From Nemertoderma westbladi (taxonomy: Eukaryota > Animalia > Xenacoelomorpha), in the NCBI GenBank assembly GCA_032718475.1, contig JAUCBJ010000896.1, positions 36,513 to 100,512 of the forward strand: a stretch of DNA of 64,000 bases, written 5' to 3'. Made by a program: the position numbers and the translations under genes. The notes beneath the pieces were generated by a model. That model saw nothing but the letters and a program-made list of their open reading frames with translations, made no database searches and had not been told where the DNA came from. Positions within the stretch are counted from its first letter, which is position 1, and every line of letters starts with the position of its first letter. Below, piece after piece: positions 61,101 to 64,000 of this stretch.

Positions 61101-64000
61101 CCTCAATCGGCTCTGCTATGGACCTTATAGTTGTGTTGAGAAACCCCAAGTTTATATGTATTATAGTTTTCCTACAAATAGAGTTACAAATATTGACTTG
61201 AAATACATAGACTTTTTTCTAAGTCCGTTGCCATGGAAACCAGATTTTTCCTGGAGATGAGACCCATCCCACACGACGCGCCTTGATGAGTTGTATATAC
61301 ATGCAAAATTTCAGGGTACTTTTAAAGGCTAGTTTTTTCCCCGACCAAAAAAAACCAAATCTGCCTCACACAAGTAAAATAGCCCACTATGAATAGACCA
61401 TCTCAGCTAAGGAAAATCTTTCTTAGCGAAAGTAGTTGATTTTCCTTAGCTTCGTGGATCTAGCCTTTAAAAGTACCCTGAAATTTTGCATGTATACGAG
61501 AAAGGCATTTCCTAAAGGAAATGCAACCACGAAGCTAAGGAAAATTAAACAAACGGCCACACTTTGGTTCGTTGCTTATAGCCTAGTTTAGTAGCAATTG
61601 CCAATAATTTACTTCTATTCCCATGGAAACTAGAGTTCTCTGGAACTGTGGGTTTTACCTTTGAAAAAAGATTCAGTCCAGATTGTGGTTCAGATTATAA
61701 CACATATACCGAGTTTCAGAAAATATTGTAGTTTATGTCCAAATTACCGATTTTCTATCAAAATGCATCTGTTTGCAGTGGTTGTCATGGAAACTGAAAA
61801 ATAGAACAATGTAATTCGGATGCAGAATAAGTCATATAGTGGGGGTAGGTCTTGGTCCCAAGTCATAATACTATTAACTTGTGCTTCAAATTATCATTTT
61901 ATAAATTTTAACATCTGTTTAGTCTTGTTGCTATGGTAACTGTACTTTCTAATTAACCTCAAACGGCTTGGTATATGGACCTTATAGATGAGTTACAAAA
62001 CCCCAAGTTTATATATATTACAGTTTTGCTAGAAATAGAGTTATCAATATAGACTTGAATGATATAGAGTTTAATAAACTACAGTTACCATGGTAACTAA
62101 ATTTCTGGAATGATTTAAGTTTCACTAAAAGTTCCAACTAGTGGTGCAGATAACACATACCCAGTTTTGTAAAATTTTATCGCGAAGTCTATGTCCAAAT
62201 GAATAATTTTTGTATAAAAACATCTGTTTTCGGCTGTTGTCATGGTAACTGAAAAATAGAACAATGTAATTCGGATGCAGAATAAGTTATATAGTGGGGG
62301 TAGGGGTTGGTCCCAAGTCATAACACCTTGCCCTTAGGCTTCAAATTAACATTTTATAAATTTTAACATCTGTTTATCCCGGTTGCCAAGGTAACTGGAT
62401 TTTCTATTTAGCCTCAATCGGCTCTGCTATGGACCTTATAGTTGTGTTGCGAAACCCCAAGTTTATATCTATTATAGTTTTCCTACAAATAGAGTTATAA
62501 ATATTGACTTGAAATACATAGACTTTTTTTGAAGTCCGTTGCCATGGAAACCAGATTTTTCCTGGATATGAGACCCGGCCCAAAAGATGCGCCTCGTCGA
62601 GTAGTATATACATGCAAAATTTCAGGGTACTTTTAAAGGCTAGTTTTTTCGCCTATCAAAAAACCCCAAATCTGCCTCACACAAGTAAAATAGCCCACTA
62701 TGAATAGACCATCTCAGCTAAGGAAAATCTTTCTTAGCGAAAGTAGTTGATTTTCCTTAGCTTCGTGGATAAATATTGCTTGAATACATAGTTTTTTTGA
62801 ATCCGTACTAGAAAGCATTTCCTAAAGGAAATGCAACCACGAAGCTAAGGAAAATTAGACACTCTTTGACTCATCAGTTCATTGATTTACCGAGTTAAAA
62901 GAACTCCCGGTATTGCCAAGGTAACTGGACTTTTCTAGAAATGCTGAGTTTTACATTAAGATCTAGTTTGTGGTTCCAGGTGACACATCGACTTCAAGGA
63001 AGCTTCATTGAGTAGTTTATGTGCAAAATTAATTATTAATTTGTTAAAAAGTCTGTTTGCAGTGGTTGTCAAGGTAACTGGCAAATAGAACAACGTAGAT
63101 TGGATGCAGAATAAGTGATATTATGGTGGTAGGGGTTGGTCCCAAGTCATAATGCCTTTAACTTGTGTTTCTAATTATAATTTTTTAAATTATAACATCT
63201 GTTTAGCCTGGTTACCAAGGTAACTGGATTTTCTAATTAACCACAATTGGCTCCTCTAAGGACCTTCCTTATAGTTGAGTTGGGAAACCCAATATTTATA
63301 TCTAATACAGTTTTCCTACAAACAAGAGTTAAAAATATAGACTTGAATGATATTGACTTTAATAAGCTCCAGTTACCATGGTAACTAGATATTTCTGGAA
63401 TGTTTTGAGTTTCACTAAAAGTTCCAACTAGTGGTCCAGATAACACATACCCAGTTTTGTAAAATTTTATCGTGAAGTCTATGTCCAAATGAATAATTGT
63501 TGTATAAAAACATCTGTTTTCAGCGGTTGTCATGGTAACTGCAAAATAGAACAATCAAATTCGGACGCAGAATAAGTTATATAGTGGGGGTAGGGATTGG
63601 TCCCAAGTCATCACACCTTAACCTTAGGCTTCAAATTAACATTTTAAAAATTTTAACATCTGTTTAGCCCGGTTGCCAAGGTAACTGGATTTTCTATTTA
63701 ACCTCAATTGGCTCTGCTATGGACCTTATAGTTGTGTTGAGAAACCCCAAGTTTATATGTATTATAGTTTTCCTACAAATAGAGTTACAAATATTGACTT
63801 GAAATACATAGACTTTTTTCTAAGTCCGTTGCCATGGAAACCAGATTTTTCCTGGATATGAGACCCATCCCACACGACGCGCCTTGATGAGTTGTATATA
63901 CATGCAAAATTTCAGGGTACTTTTAAAGGCTAGTTTTTTCACCTATCAAAAAACACTAAATCTGCTCCATACAAGTAAAACAGCCCACTATGAATAGACC
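52184..64000 (-). mobile_element. Cluster of ~1.26-kb non-autonomous Helitrons. Minus strand: 52771-53983, 53984-54691 (partial), 54709-55975, 56086-57350, 57393-58659, 58661-59918, 60192-61458, 61497-62769, 62808-64000. Plus-strand pieces: 52184-52770, 59919-60191
   Basis: The minus strand starts TC(CACGAAG) and ends hairpin GCATTTCC-TTTA-GGAAATGC + CTTT + CTAG (CTCG in two copies), followed by T. No TSD. Internal ~460-bp duplication; no coding capacity. Confidence 0.85.

Noticed and set aside
53201-63554. Repeated short ORFs (MFYFAVT..., MTWDQPL..., MYILLDE...)
   Set aside because: They recur only because the non-coding Helitron is repeated; no recognisable domain.

Overview
Repeat-dense eukaryotic (metazoan, probably invertebrate) DNA with no prokaryotic features. 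The first ~36 kb are nested BEL/Pao LTR retrotransposons, all on the minus strand. Element A spans ~1-14.6 kb. Element B spans 16369-36129. A young non-autonomous relative, B' (19108-25867, CAAGG target duplication), sits inside B, and a third relative, C (50193-52183), survives only as a 3' end. A and B each carry an extra ORF in the env position that encodes a homologous triple-CCHC zinc-knuckle protein. Each family also has its own repeated short hairpin motif. The B family has no tRNA primer-binding site; instead the bases after the 5' LTR are complementary to, and co-vary with, a site in the LTR's own R region. 36.3-44.2 kb is a TA-flanked TIR element filled with MITE-, HINE- and piggyBac-like inserts. 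45256-49060 is the only host gene: five exons encoding a secreted coiled-coil plus fibrinogen-domain protein. 52184-64000 is a nested pile of ~10 copies of a ~1.26 kb non-autonomous Helitron. All calls come from reading the sequence by eye; no database search was run.
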